DNA from: Idiomarina loihiensis L2TR
GTDB taxonomy: Bacteria > Pseudomonadota > Gammaproteobacteria > Enterobacterales > Alteromonadaceae
DNA: 32,000 bases
NCBI RefSeq assembly: GCF_000008465.1
Contig: NC_006512.1
Coordinates: forward strand, 390,001 to 422,000
Direction: 5' to 3'
A program made the position numbers and the translations under genes. This document shows positions 7,256 through 17,491 of this stretch, piece after piece. The first letter of the stretch is position 1. Each line of letters opens with the position of its first letter. The notes beneath the pieces were generated by a model that saw nothing but the letters and a program-made list of their open reading frames with translations, was not told the DNA's origin and ran no database searches.

Positions 7256-9115
7256 ATGATGCGATTGGCTCGACTGGCCCTGGTAATGGCCTCTACATTG
7301 ACATTCGCCTCGACGGCTCTTGCTCAGCAGGAGATGACTGTCGAAGAAATTGCTAACCAAATTTCGACTCTAGAGAGCGATTTTGAAAACTTTTCTGGCA
7401 CCGTAAACACGCTTCAGCAAGAAGAGCGGGACCTGCGGGAAAAGCTACAAAACTTGCGTGAGCGCAACAGCGAACTGGAAACGAAACGCGAATCAGCATT
7501 GGCGGAAATGAATGACCGCTACCAACGTTTGGTGGAAGACCCAACGATTGATATTGCTGGCGCTCAAGAAGCGTACAAGCAAGCCGTTATGGCTCACCAA
7601 CAGAATAAAGCAGACATTAAGCAGCAAGTGAGCCTGGTTAATGAGAAAGCGCGCGAAGTAGAAGAAGCGCGTGTGAGCAAACACAGCCTGATTAATGAAA
7701 TTGAGACGCTAAAAGAGCAACGTAATTTAGCTCGTGTCGATCGCTTAGAAAATGAATTTAATCGTACTGGCGAACTCGAAGTGAGTCAGTCAATTAGCTG
7801 TGACCGCCAGGAAACGCTGGGACAGTGTGAAAATCGCGGCAAACTCATGGCTAAACAAAAAGCGTCCAAGCAGTACCTTAATACCATTTTGGATGGTTTA
7901 AGTGAGGCTTCACTCGCTCGTGAAAACATTGAAAAAGCCAGCCCGAATGTACAAATTCTGGGCTCTAAAACAATTAGTAACGGTTTTAGTGGCGCGGGTA
8001 ACTATGGGGTTAAATTGGCGGTTGAACTGCGTGGACAGTTACCTCAAAGCCAGGCTTGTACGTTATTGAACGTTGACATGCGCTATTGTGCGTCGGAGCA
8101 ACGGCCGGGGGAGCTGCAAGCGGGTGATGAGGAAACGGTTGATAGCTCCGTCATGCACCCGTTAACCATACGCTCTAACGTGTATGACGATGAAGTTGTT
8201 ATCGATGGTGTTAGCTATGGTTCTACCCCGCTGGAGGTTATGCTCCCGGGTGGTGAACATCAGATTGAAATTCTTAAGTATGGTTACTCTGCCTACGCGG
8301 AGAAAATATTACTAAAAGACGCTACCGCTATTCGGGCTGAATTAGAGAAGTCGGATTACTCTTTTACTCGCGGCGAAAAAATTCAGGATATTCTGTATCG
8401 CGATGTTCGTGGTCCTGAACTGGTTGTCGTTCCTGCGGGTAAATTTAAAATGGGTGACCTGGTCGGCAATGGTTTACCAAACGAACGTCCGGCAGAGACG
8501 CGTGAAATTCCAACCGCATTGGGTATTTCTGATACTGAAATTACGGTTGAGCAGTTTGGCAACTTTGTAGAAGATACCGCTTATGTCACAGAGGCAGAGA
8601 AAAACGGTACTTGCGCAAGCCTAAGTAATGGCCGCCCTCAGTTTAATGAAAAGCTGAGCTGGAAAAATCCTGGATTCAAACAGTCTGAAAGCTCTCCGGT
8701 GGTTTGCGTCAGTTATAACGACGCACAGGCTTATGCTGAATGGTTAACTCAAAAAAGTGGCTTTAAATACAGCATTCCCACTGAAGCGGAATGGGAATAC
8801 GCTGCACGCGCCGGGTCGGAAACCGATTTCTGGTGGGGAAATGATGTTGGTTATGGCAAAGCAAACTGCCGTAACTGTGGAACAGATTGGTCAAATACAC
8901 GTCCAGCTCCGGTAGCTAGTTTTCATCGTAATCCCTGGGGATTATACGATACTGTCGGTAATGTCTGGGAGTGGGCTGAAACCGATGAGGGTGTTGTAGT
9001 TAAGGGCGGAGCCTGGAACTTTACGCCAAGTTTGGCTCGAGTTTCGACTAGAATGGAACTTCCGTCAGATTTTAACTCCAACTACATTGGATTCCGTGTT
9101 GTAAGAGCTCAGTAA
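7256..9115 (+). CDS. Secreted multidomain protein: signal peptide, long coiled-coil, 4-Cys middle region, PEGA-like domain, C-terminal FGE-sulfatase (SUMF1/EgtB/PvdO) fold lacking the FGE catalytic cysteines
   Basis: The track ORF starts at TTG 7226. The ATG at 7256 gives MMRLARLALVMASTLTFASTALA|QQE, a signal peptide. Residues about 36-185 are E/Q/K/R/L-rich and heptad-like. The PEGA-like segment is LTIRSNVYDDEVVIDGVSYGSTPLEVMLPGGEHQIEILKYGYSAYAEKILL. FGE-fold motifs include ELVVVPAGKFKMGD, PVVCVSYNDAQAYAEWL, YSIPTEAEWEYAARAG, ANCRNCGTDW, NPWGLYDTVGNVWEW, KGGAWNFTPSLARVSTR and YIGFRVV. Confidence 0.8.
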   Translation: MMRLARLALVMASTLTFASTALAQQEMTVEEIANQISTLESDFENFSGTVNTLQQEERDLREKLQNLRERNSELETKRESALAEMNDRYQRLVEDPTIDIAGAQEAYKQAVMAHQQNKADIKQQVSLVNEKAREVEEARVSKHSLINEIETLKEQRNLARVDRLENEFNRTGELEVSQSISCDRQETLGQCENRGKLMAKQKASKQYLNTILDGLSEASLARENIEKASPNVQILGSKTISNGFSGAGNYGVKLAVELRGQLPQSQACTLLNVDMRYCASEQRPGELQAGDEETVDSSVMHPLTIRSNVYDDEVVIDGVSYGSTPLEVMLPGGEHQIEILKYGYSAYAEKILLKDATAIRAELEKSDYSFTRGEKIQDILYRDVRGPELVVVPAGKFKMGDLVGNGLPNERPAETREIPTALGISDTEITVEQFGNFVEDTAYVTEAEKNGTCASLSNGRPQFNEKLSWKNPGFKQSESSPVVCVSYNDAQAYAEWLTQKSGFKYSIPTEAEWEYAARAGSETDFWWGNDVGYGKANCRNCGTDWSNTRPAPVASFHRNPWGLYDTVGNVWEWAETDEGVVVKGGAWNFTPSLARVSTRMELPSDFNSNYIGFRVVRAQ

Positions 9116-9132
9116 GTACTTGCTGAGCTCTT
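9103..9132 (+). terminator. Near-perfect 30-nt palindrome/hairpin spanning the stop codon of the preceding gene, upstream of mreB
   Basis: AAGAGCTCAG-taagtacttg-CTGAGCTCTT has perfect 10-bp arms, and the loop itself contains the palindrome AAGTACTT. Only a short T-run (TTT, partly inside the stem) follows, so it is terminator-like but not canonical. Confidence 0.35.
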
Positions 9133-9156
9133 TGCTGTCACTCTGTTAGCTTATAA

Positions 9157-10218
<1,062 letters not shown>

Positions 10219-10221
10219 TTC

Positions 10222-11079
10222 ATGAAGACGCTGTTTGCCCGCGGTCCATCCTTACTCTCCAGGCTAGTGCTCGCACTAGCCTGTTCGTTTCTGCTGATCT
10301 TTATTGACCACCGGCTTCAGGCAATGAAGCCGGTTCGGTTATTTTTGAATTCTCTGGTGGCTCCGGTGCAGTACTTGGCTATTTTGCCAGAACAGCTGCT
10401 GGATGGTGTCTCCGAATCATTAAAAACCACGTCGCAGTTAAGCGATGAAAATAAGCGTCTAAAGCGGGCTATTTTGGAATTACAGGGTGAGCAACAGCAA
10501 CTTCGCTTTCTTCAGAACGAGAATAAACGGCTACGGGAACTTCTTGGTTCAGATGCCCGCGACTCAGTCCGGCGTATGGTTGCCGAGGTCATCGCCGTTG
10601 CCTCAGAGCCGTTTTCCCAGCAACTGGTTATTAATAAAGGCACGCTGAGCGGAGTGTATGAAGGCCAGCCCGTACTAGACAGCAATGGCATTATTGGACA
10701 AGTGCAGGATGTAGGCGGTAATACCGCTCGTGTATTGCTACTCTCAGACCAGAGTCATGCGATATCTTTGCGTTCAGAGCGCAATGATATTCGTGTACTG
10801 GCGCAGGGAACCGGCGATATCGGACGGCTGGAGTTGATGTTTATTCCTCACAGCACTGAGCTAAAAGAAGGGGATCTCCTAATGTCTTCGGGTTTAGGGG
10901 GCATATTTCCTGAGGGGTATCCGGTGGCAACAATTCGACAGATTGTCAGAGATGAATCTCTCCCTTTTGCTAAAGTGATAGCGGATCCCGTCAGTGCGCT
11001 TGACCGCGTTCGTAATGTTCTATTGTTGTGGCCAAGCGACGGCGAGCAGCAACCTATTTTTGATGAGGACGAGGAATGA
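10222..11079 (+). CDS. mreC: Rod shape-determining protein MreC
   Basis: It lies directly after mreB. It has an N-terminal TM segment, a coiled-coil (ENKRLKRAILELQGEQQQLRFLQNENKRLRELL) and a beta-barrel region with GIIGQV and GDLLMSSGLGGIFPEGYPVA. Confidence 0.93.
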   Translation: MKTLFARGPSLLSRLVLALACSFLLIFIDHRLQAMKPVRLFLNSLVAPVQYLAILPEQLLDGVSESLKTTSQLSDENKRLKRAILELQGEQQQLRFLQNENKRLRELLGSDARDSVRRMVAEVIAVASEPFSQQLVINKGTLSGVYEGQPVLDSNGIIGQVQDVGGNTARVLLLSDQSHAISLRSERNDIRVLAQGTGDIGRLELMFIPHSTELKEGDLLMSSGLGGIFPEGYPVATIRQIVRDESLPFAKVIADPVSALDRVRNVLLLWPSDGEQQPIFDEDEE

Positions 11080-11561
11080 TCGTGATAAAACCCGGCTTCA
11101 TTACGTTGTTGATCACCTACATCATTGCGCTGACTCTTATGGTTATGCCAATGCCTGCCGCGTTCGATACCTTTCGGCCTGACTGGCCAACTTTGGTTAT
11201 GCTGTACTGGATAATAGCCTTGCCGCACCGGGTAAATATGGGAACCGCTTTGGTGCTGGGCGTGCTGAGCGATATATTACTGGGTTCTATTGTCGGTGTT
11301 CATGCTTTAGGTATGGTCGTTGTCACTTATTTTGCGGCACGTCATTTTCAGCGTATTCGCAATTTTGCTTTAATACAGCAAGCATTGGTTATTGCCGTGC
11401 TGATTTTTATTAAGCGCTTTGTTGTGTTTGAAGCCAATGTGTTTTTGCACGACGCTGAATTTACCTTCTCTTACTTCTGGCCAGTGCTCACCTCAGCTGT
11501 TTTTTGGTTATGGGTATTCCCGTTACTGCGAAAAGTTCGTCGTCAATTCGGAGTGGTGTAA
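11076..11561 (+). CDS. mreD: Rod shape-determining protein MreD
   Basis: The start overlaps the mreC stop (ATGA). It is a 161-aa polytopic hydrophobic protein in the canonical mreBCD position. Confidence 0.9.
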   Translation: MIVIKPGFITLLITYIIALTLMVMPMPAAFDTFRPDWPTLVMLYWIIALPHRVNMGTALVLGVLSDILLGSIVGVHALGMVVVTYFAARHFQRIRNFALIQQALVIAVLIFIKRFVVFEANVFLHDAEFTFSYFWPVLTSAVFWLWVFPLLRKVRRQFGVV

Positions 11562-12157
11562 TGCGCCTGCTGCTCGCTTCTTCTTCTCCCCGTCGGCGAG
11601 AGCTGCTAACGCTATTGCATAGACCCTTTGATTGCGAAGTTCCGGAAGTAGAGGAGCTACGAGGGGCTAATGAGAATGCCGGTGACTATGTGACTCGCCT
11701 GGCGGAAGAAAAAGCTCAGACTGTGGCACAACGCCAACAAACTCCCTGCTTGGTTATTGGTTCTGATACCCTGATAAGCTTTAAGGGGCAAGTGCTGGAA
11801 AAACCAGAGAGTTATGAACATTTCAGTCAAATGATGAAGCAGCTTTCCGGTCAGACACATCAGGTTCTGACATCAGTTAGTGTCTGCCAATGGAATGGTC
11901 ACAAAGTGGTTGCCCGCGAAACGGCTTTAGTAACAACGCAGGTGGAGTTTGCCGCACTGAGTCAGGGAGAAATAGATGCTTACTGGGCAACCGGTGAACC
12001 TCATGATAAAGCGGCTGGCTATGGTATTCAGGGCTATGGCGGAAAATTTGTAAAACGTATTGAGGGTAGCTACTTTGCTGTTGTTGGCTTACCTTTATAT
12101 GAAACTGAACAGTTGTTGCGGATGTTTGAAATGACAGGTGAAGTCGATGAGCGTTGA
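11561..12157 (+). CDS. maf: Maf/YhdE-type nucleoside triphosphate pyrophosphatase
   Basis: The ATG at 11561 overlaps the mreD stop (TAATG) and gives MRLLLASSSPRRRELL, the Maf signature. GSDT and AGGYGIQG motifs are present. The upstream extension to 11504 in the track overlaps mreD and is rejected. Confidence 0.9.
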   Translation: MRLLLASSSPRRRELLTLLHRPFDCEVPEVEELRGANENAGDYVTRLAEEKAQTVAQRQQTPCLVIGSDTLISFKGQVLEKPESYEHFSQMMKQLSGQTHQVLTSVSVCQWNGHKVVARETALVTTQVEFAALSQGEIDAYWATGEPHDKAAGYGIQGYGGKFVKRIEGSYFAVVGLPLYETEQLLRMFEMTGEVDER

Positions 12158-13616
12158 AGTCCTAATGAATGTGACCCCCACAGAGACTCGTGTAGTGCTT
12201 GTTGAAAATGGCATCCTGCAGGAAGTCCACATTGAGCGTCAGGCAAAGCGTGGCTTAGTTGGCAATATATACATGGGAAAGGTATCGCGGGTGTTGCCGG
12301 GAATGCAGGCCGCGTTTATTGATATTGGCCTCGACAAGGCGGCGTTTTTACATGCCTCGGACATTGTCGTTCAAGTGGATGGTGATGATTTACCGCGGCC
12401 TGACGAAAAGCCACAACAAAGCATTACCGAATTGGTGCATCAGGGACAGCATATTATGGTGCAGGTGGTTAAAGACCCTCTGGGAACCAAAGGAGCGCGT
12501 TTAACCACTGACATCACTCTACCGTCGCGGTACCTGGTTTTTATGCCTAAGAGCGACCATGTAGGCGTCTCTCAGCGTATTGAAGAAGGCGAGGAGCGCG
12601 AACGTTTGCGGCAGTTGGCAGAAGAGGTCAGTAAAAGCGACGGAAAATTCATTGTTCGCACTGCAGCAGAAGGTGCTTCAGATCAATCGCTGCGGGGCGA
12701 TGCTGACTTTCTTTTCCGGTTGTGGGAGAAAATAAAGGCGCGGAAAAAATCTCAACGCAAAGTCGGCATGCTGTACGAAGACCTGAATCTTTCCTGTCGT
12801 GTACTACGTGACTTTGTCGGCGAAGAAATAGAACGCATTAGGGTTGATTCCAAAGTCACCTTTGACACGCTCAAAGTATTTACTCAGGACTTTATTCCCG
12901 AATTAACCAAAGTTCTTGAGTATTACACCGGTGACCGGCCTATTTTTGACTTATTTGATGTCGAAAATGAAATGCAGCGAGCGCTAGACCGTCGGGTTGA
13001 CTTGAAATCCGGTGGCTCACTGATTATTGACCAGACCGAAGCGATGACCACGGTTGATATCAACACAGGTGCGTTTGTTGGTCACCGCAATTTAGAAGAA
13101 ACCATATTTAATACCAATATCGAAGCCACGCAGTCGATAGCACGTCAATTGCGGTTACGGAACCTTGGCGGCATTATCATTATCGATTTTATTGATATGC
13201 AGGACGAGGAGCATAAACGGCGGGTATTGCACAGCCTTGAACAGGCGTTAGGCAAAGACCGTGCAAAAACAACCATTAATGGTTTTACCTCGCTTGGGTT
13301 AGTGGAAATGACCCGGAAACGCACCAGAGAAAGCCTGGAGCATGTTTTGTGCTCGGAGTGTCCGGTTTGTCTGGGGCGCGGCAGCATGAAGACGGTTGAA
13401 ACCGTCTGCTATGAAATTATGCGTGAAATTGTCCGGGTTCATAAAGCTTATGAAGCCGATAAGTTCGTTGTTTATGCCTCTGCACAGGTAAGTGAAGCCT
13501 TACTTAACGAAGAATCTCATGCGCTGGCTGAACTTGAGCTGTTTGTTTCGCGTCAAATAAAAATACAAACCGAACCTCTGTATAATCAGGAACAATTCGA
13601 CGTAGTAATGATGTAA
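12147..13616 (+). CDS. rng: Ribonuclease G
   Basis: MSVEVLMNVTPTETRVVLVENGILQEVHIERQAKRGLVGNIYMGKVSRVLPGMQAAFIDIGL matches the E. coli Rng N-terminus and S1 domain almost residue for residue. The track start 12138 is a GTG; the ATG at 12147 fits the homologue length. Confidence 0.95.
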   Translation: MSVEVLMNVTPTETRVVLVENGILQEVHIERQAKRGLVGNIYMGKVSRVLPGMQAAFIDIGLDKAAFLHASDIVVQVDGDDLPRPDEKPQQSITELVHQGQHIMVQVVKDPLGTKGARLTTDITLPSRYLVFMPKSDHVGVSQRIEEGEERERLRQLAEEVSKSDGKFIVRTAAEGASDQSLRGDADFLFRLWEKIKARKKSQRKVGMLYEDLNLSCRVLRDFVGEEIERIRVDSKVTFDTLKVFTQDFIPELTKVLEYYTGDRPIFDLFDVENEMQRALDRRVDLKSGGSLIIDQTEAMTTVDINTGAFVGHRNLEETIFNTNIEATQSIARQLRLRNLGGIIIIDFIDMQDEEHKRRVLHSLEQALGKDRAKTTINGFTSLGLVEMTRKRTRESLEHVLCSECPVCLGRGSMKTVETVCYEIMREIVRVHKAYEADKFVVYASAQVSEALLNEESHALAELELFVSRQIKIQTEPLYNQEQFDVVMM

Positions 13617-13621
13617 GGCGC

Positions 13622-16600
13622 ATGCGGACACTGTCGTGGATTTTGAACAAACTCTGGCTAACGCTGGCTATTGTGCTGGTGCTGGTTGCTGTCGGCCTGA
13701 GTTTATTGCGTTACAGCCTGCCATACCTGCCCGATTTGACCGAACCACTTGAACAACAGCTGGAGGCTCGTTTCCAGCAACCCGTGAGCATTAGCGACTT
13801 ATCTATGGCCTGGACCCGGGAAGGCCCTTCCATTGTGCTGGATAATTTAGTTTTGCTGGAACGCGAGCAGTCGCCTGTGCAAGTTCGTGTTGGTAAGGTT
13901 CATGTGGTACTCGATTTCTGGAGAACTTTACTGGATCAACAGCTCATTGCGCAGCAGTTTATTCTTAATGACGCCCGCATAGCGGTAGATATACGCAAAT
14001 TCTCGGCAGCTAACGAAGCTGAGAAATTAGATTTAGACTACGTTAACCGCTTATTCCTGCAGCAATTAGAGAAGTTTTCACTGAATAATGGTGAGTTGCT
14101 ACTGACAAACTTGCGGGGCGTAACGCGAGAAATTGATATTGACCGACTGTCCTGGACCAATGAAGGCAAAAAGCACCAGGGGATTGGCCAATTCCGGATG
14201 GAAGACTTTGCGACTAATAGCCTGGATTTCATTATTGATTTGCGCGGTGATCGCTGGTCGGAGTTTAATGGTCAGTTCTATGTTAATTCACAGAACGTTG
14301 ATATCAGTCCCTGGCTTGAAGAGCAACTGGGCGACATTGACGTACAAGCTTCAAACGTAAACTTTACCGGTTGGCTCGATGTTCGTAATGGTCAATTATT
14401 TGAAGGATTAGTTAAGTTAAGAGACAACCGTATTACCTGGTTAGACAATAATTCCGAAGAACTTAACTGGTTGCAGTTACCCGAGGGAGAAATTGTGCTG
14501 CGGCCGGAAGAAAATGGCTGGCTACTCAACAGTATGCCAATGACAGTAAATACCTCGGTAGGTCATCTTGAATTACCGCGTATAGCCTGGCAGAAACTGG
14601 ATGAGATCCACGATATCAGTGTGGATAATATCGCGATTGATGAGGTTACCGGGTTACTACCTCTGCTGCCTTTTAATATATCAGCGGAATCGGTCATGAG
14701 CCTGGGGTTAAAGGGTAAGGCCAGTGTGCGCTATCGCCTGCATCCTGTCTCCGGCCAGCAATGGTCTGTAAAAAGCCACAACCTGTCGGCCGACGGAAAT
14801 GAGCGCTGGCCTGGTTTTAATGGCCTTGATGTCAGTATAAGCAGCTTGTCGAATCACGGTTTGTGGCAAGTAGAAGGTGACAACGTTAGCCTTACGGGAA
14901 ACAGTCTTTCCGGTAAGCAAGCGTGGGATATTGATACTTTTAATTTGTCCGGCTCCTGGTTGTTACAAGCTGATAACTGGCGGGTAAATTTAGAGCAGCT
15001 CCAACTTCGGCGAGACGACTTTCAGCTTACCGGCAGTGGCGGTTTGTCCGGCGACAGTGAAACAACACCACAAATTGACTTATTGCTTTCTACCGCACAG
15101 GGCTTTTCTGTCGACACGGCCCGCAAGTTGCTGCCATCAATTATGGGTCAGGGAGTCAAAGACTATCTTTCCGCAGCCTTAGTATCCGGTCGGGCTCGTG
15201 GCATGGAATTACTTTGGCGCGGTCCCGTCACTCAGTTTCCGGCGGCGACCAATCAAGGTGTCTTCAATGCGCGGGTCGAGTTCGATGATTTAACCTACCG
15301 GTTTCAGCCAGACTGGCTTCCGCTAGCCGATGCTCCGGTAAAGCTCGACTTTTATAACAGAAGCTTGTTCATGTCGACCGATGCAGGGCATATAGAAGAT
15401 GTGCAGGTAACCCGGGTTGACGCGCAAATTAAGGACTTAGCAGATGCTTCGCAGGGCCTGCAGGTTCAGGCTAGTGTTAGTGGAAAGGGTGAATCGTTGT
15501 TACCTGTTTTTGAGCAGTCGCCGCTGGACAGCGTAACCGAAACGCTCATTCAAATTGACCCGAGCGGAGAGGTTTCTGGTTCTTTTCAGTTGGATATCCC
15601 CTTAAATAGCTCGCGAGATGTCGATGTCGCTGTTGATGCTCCGTTGGCCGGGTTGTCTTTTAATATTGACGCCATACAACAAGATTTTACGGTTTCTGAA
15701 GGTATTCTGAAAATCGACAACAGCAAGGTTAGTACCGAAGGGTTGCGCCTTAACTGGTACGGTATGCCTATACCAACGAAAGTATCGGGAGAGCTAAAGG
15801 GGGCGGATTACTTACTGAATGTGAATACAACTCTGGACTGGCAAAGCGAACCCTTATTTAAGCAATTGCCTTATCCACAGTGGAAACCGTTTTTCTACGG
15901 AGCGGTAAATGGTGAAGCTAATCTCCTGTTAACTTTTAACGCAGACGATGTCGGCGTTGCGTTGGAGTCTCAGTTTGATTTGACCGGTCTTGAGACATCG
16001 CTTCCAGCGCCGTTGCAAAAAGATTTTGGAGATAACTGGCAACTGTCGGTTCAGCTCAATGGGACTGGAGAAGAACTGCGTTTACGAGCAAGTATTGACC
16101 AGCGCCTTAACTGGGATAGTCGCTGGCAGCCGGGCAGTGGAGGCTGGCAAATGGCCAGACTGGATATTGGTGAAGTGAACTCTGCGAATGAACTGGTTAA
16201 CGGCTTTGCGATAAACGCACAGCTTCCGCATGCAGATATCGGACGGTGGTACTCAGTACTTTATGCGTTGGCCGGGGATTCAAACGTTGATACTGAAAGT
16301 GGTAGTGGGGAAGGGTGGTTGCCCGATTCCATTCGTATTGAGACGCCTCAGTTACAGTGGGGACAGCAGAAATTTGCTCAGGCGGATATCCAGGTGTGGC
16401 CAGAAAACTCAGTCTGGCAGGCCCGGGTGGATGCTAAGAATGCGGTGCTAAGCGCGACCATTCCGGAAAGCTTTGTACAGCAAGGGATAACCGTAAGAGC
16501 GGATTATTTGGCGTTAAGCAGCAATGTTGAGCTTCCGGAAGCCACCGAGAAGACAGACTGGAATTGGCTCGAGAAAGTACCAGCACTTAACTTTTTCTGT

Positions 16601-17491
16601 CGCAGTTGTCGTATTGACGAGCATGAGTTAGGCGAAGTTGAGTTAGTACTTGCTCCGCTTGAAGACGGCTTCAGTATAGAAAAAATGGCTCTTAAAAAGG
16701 GTAGTGATGAGTTGGCTGTAACAGGTTATTGGCGCTACACAGACGAGCAGGCTTTAAGTGCGCTTTCTGGACGTTTGGAGGCTGGAGACCTTGGTGATTT
16801 ATTACGTGACTATGGTCTGGAAACGGCAGTAAGAGACAGTGCTGCCGTTATTGACTTTAACTTAAACTGGCGTGACCACTTGTATCAACCAGACTGGAGT
16901 TCGCTGAGCGGGGAAGTGGTCTGGGATTTAGAAAAAGGCTATCTGGCCGAAGTGAGTGACGGCGGCGCGCGTATTTTTTCGTTATTGAGCCTGGACAGTA
17001 TTCTCCGAAAGCTGACTTTAGATTTTCGTGATATTTTTTCGCAGGGAATGTTTTTTACTGACCTAACTGGCAGTGTTCAGATCGAAAACGGTGTTGCGAC
17101 CACCGAAGATGCAAGATTACTGGGATCCGCAGGAGATATGGATATTCGTGGCTGGACCAATATGAAAACTGGTGAGCTAAATTATAACCTGACCTATGCG
17201 CCGAAGGTCACTTCCAGCCTACCGATTATTCTTGCCTGGATGGTAAACCCGCCCAGCGGCCTGGCTGCGTTGTTCATCGACAAAGTACTGCACGATGCGA
17301 AAGTGATTTCGCGTCTGCGTTATCAGGTCACCGGTACTATTGATGAACCGGTGGTTGAAGAAATAGAACGTGACAGCCGCCCGGTTGATTTGCCAGAATT
17401 GGAAGAGAACTCAACCGATTCAGAGGCAGACGATGACACAAGTGCAACTGACGGCGCTGCAAATGAGCAGTCGCCCGGATCCGCAAGATAA
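13622..17491 (+). CDS. yhdP: AsmA-like/YhdP family inner-membrane-anchored envelope lipid-transport protein
   Basis: It is 1289 aa with an N-terminal TM helix (LWLTLAIVLVLVAVGLSLL). It occupies the conserved position after rng as in E. coli (mreBCD-yhdE-rng-yhdP-tldD). The C-terminal region YAPKVTSSLPIILAWMVNPPSGLAA is typical of YhdP/AsmA2. Confidence 0.85.
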   Translation: MRTLSWILNKLWLTLAIVLVLVAVGLSLLRYSLPYLPDLTEPLEQQLEARFQQPVSISDLSMAWTREGPSIVLDNLVLLEREQSPVQVRVGKVHVVLDFWRTLLDQQLIAQQFILNDARIAVDIRKFSAANEAEKLDLDYVNRLFLQQLEKFSLNNGELLLTNLRGVTREIDIDRLSWTNEGKKHQGIGQFRMEDFATNSLDFIIDLRGDRWSEFNGQFYVNSQNVDISPWLEEQLGDIDVQASNVNFTGWLDVRNGQLFEGLVKLRDNRITWLDNNSEELNWLQLPEGEIVLRPEENGWLLNSMPMTVNTSVGHLELPRIAWQKLDEIHDISVDNIAIDEVTGLLPLLPFNISAESVMSLGLKGKASVRYRLHPVSGQQWSVKSHNLSADGNERWPGFNGLDVSISSLSNHGLWQVEGDNVSLTGNSLSGKQAWDIDTFNLSGSWLLQADNWRVNLEQLQLRRDDFQLTGSGGLSGDSETTPQIDLLLSTAQGFSVDTARKLLPSIMGQGVKDYLSAALVSGRARGMELLWRGPVTQFPAATNQGVFNARVEFDDLTYRFQPDWLPLADAPVKLDFYNRSLFMSTDAGHIEDVQVTRVDAQIKDLADASQGLQVQASVSGKGESLLPVFEQSPLDSVTETLIQIDPSGEVSGSFQLDIPLNSSRDVDVAVDAPLAGLSFNIDAIQQDFTVSEGILKIDNSKVSTEGLRLNWYGMPIPTKVSGELKGADYLLNVNTTLDWQSEPLFKQLPYPQWKPFFYGAVNGEANLLLTFNADDVGVALESQFDLTGLETSLPAPLQKDFGDNWQLSVQLNGTGEELRLRASIDQRLNWDSRWQPGSGGWQMARLDIGEVNSANELVNGFAINAQLPHADIGRWYSVLYALAGDSNVDTESGSGEGWLPDSIRIETPQLQWGQQKFAQADIQVWPENSVWQARVDAKNAVLSATIPESFVQQGITVRADYLALSSNVELPEATEKTDWNWLEKVPALNFFCRSCRIDEHELGEVELVLAPLEDGFSIEKMALKKGSDELAVTGYWRYTDEQALSALSGRLEAGDLGDLLRDYGLETAVRDSAAVIDFNLNWRDHLYQPDWSSLSGEVVWDLEKGYLAEVSDGGARIFSLLSLDSILRKLTLDFRDIFSQGMFFTDLTGSVQIENGVATTEDARLLGSAGDMDIRGWTNMKTGELNYNLTYAPKVTSSLPIILAWMVNPPSGLAALFIDKVLHDAKVISRLRYQVTGTIDEPVVEEIERDSRPVDLPELEENSTDSEADDDTSATDGAANEQSPGSAR

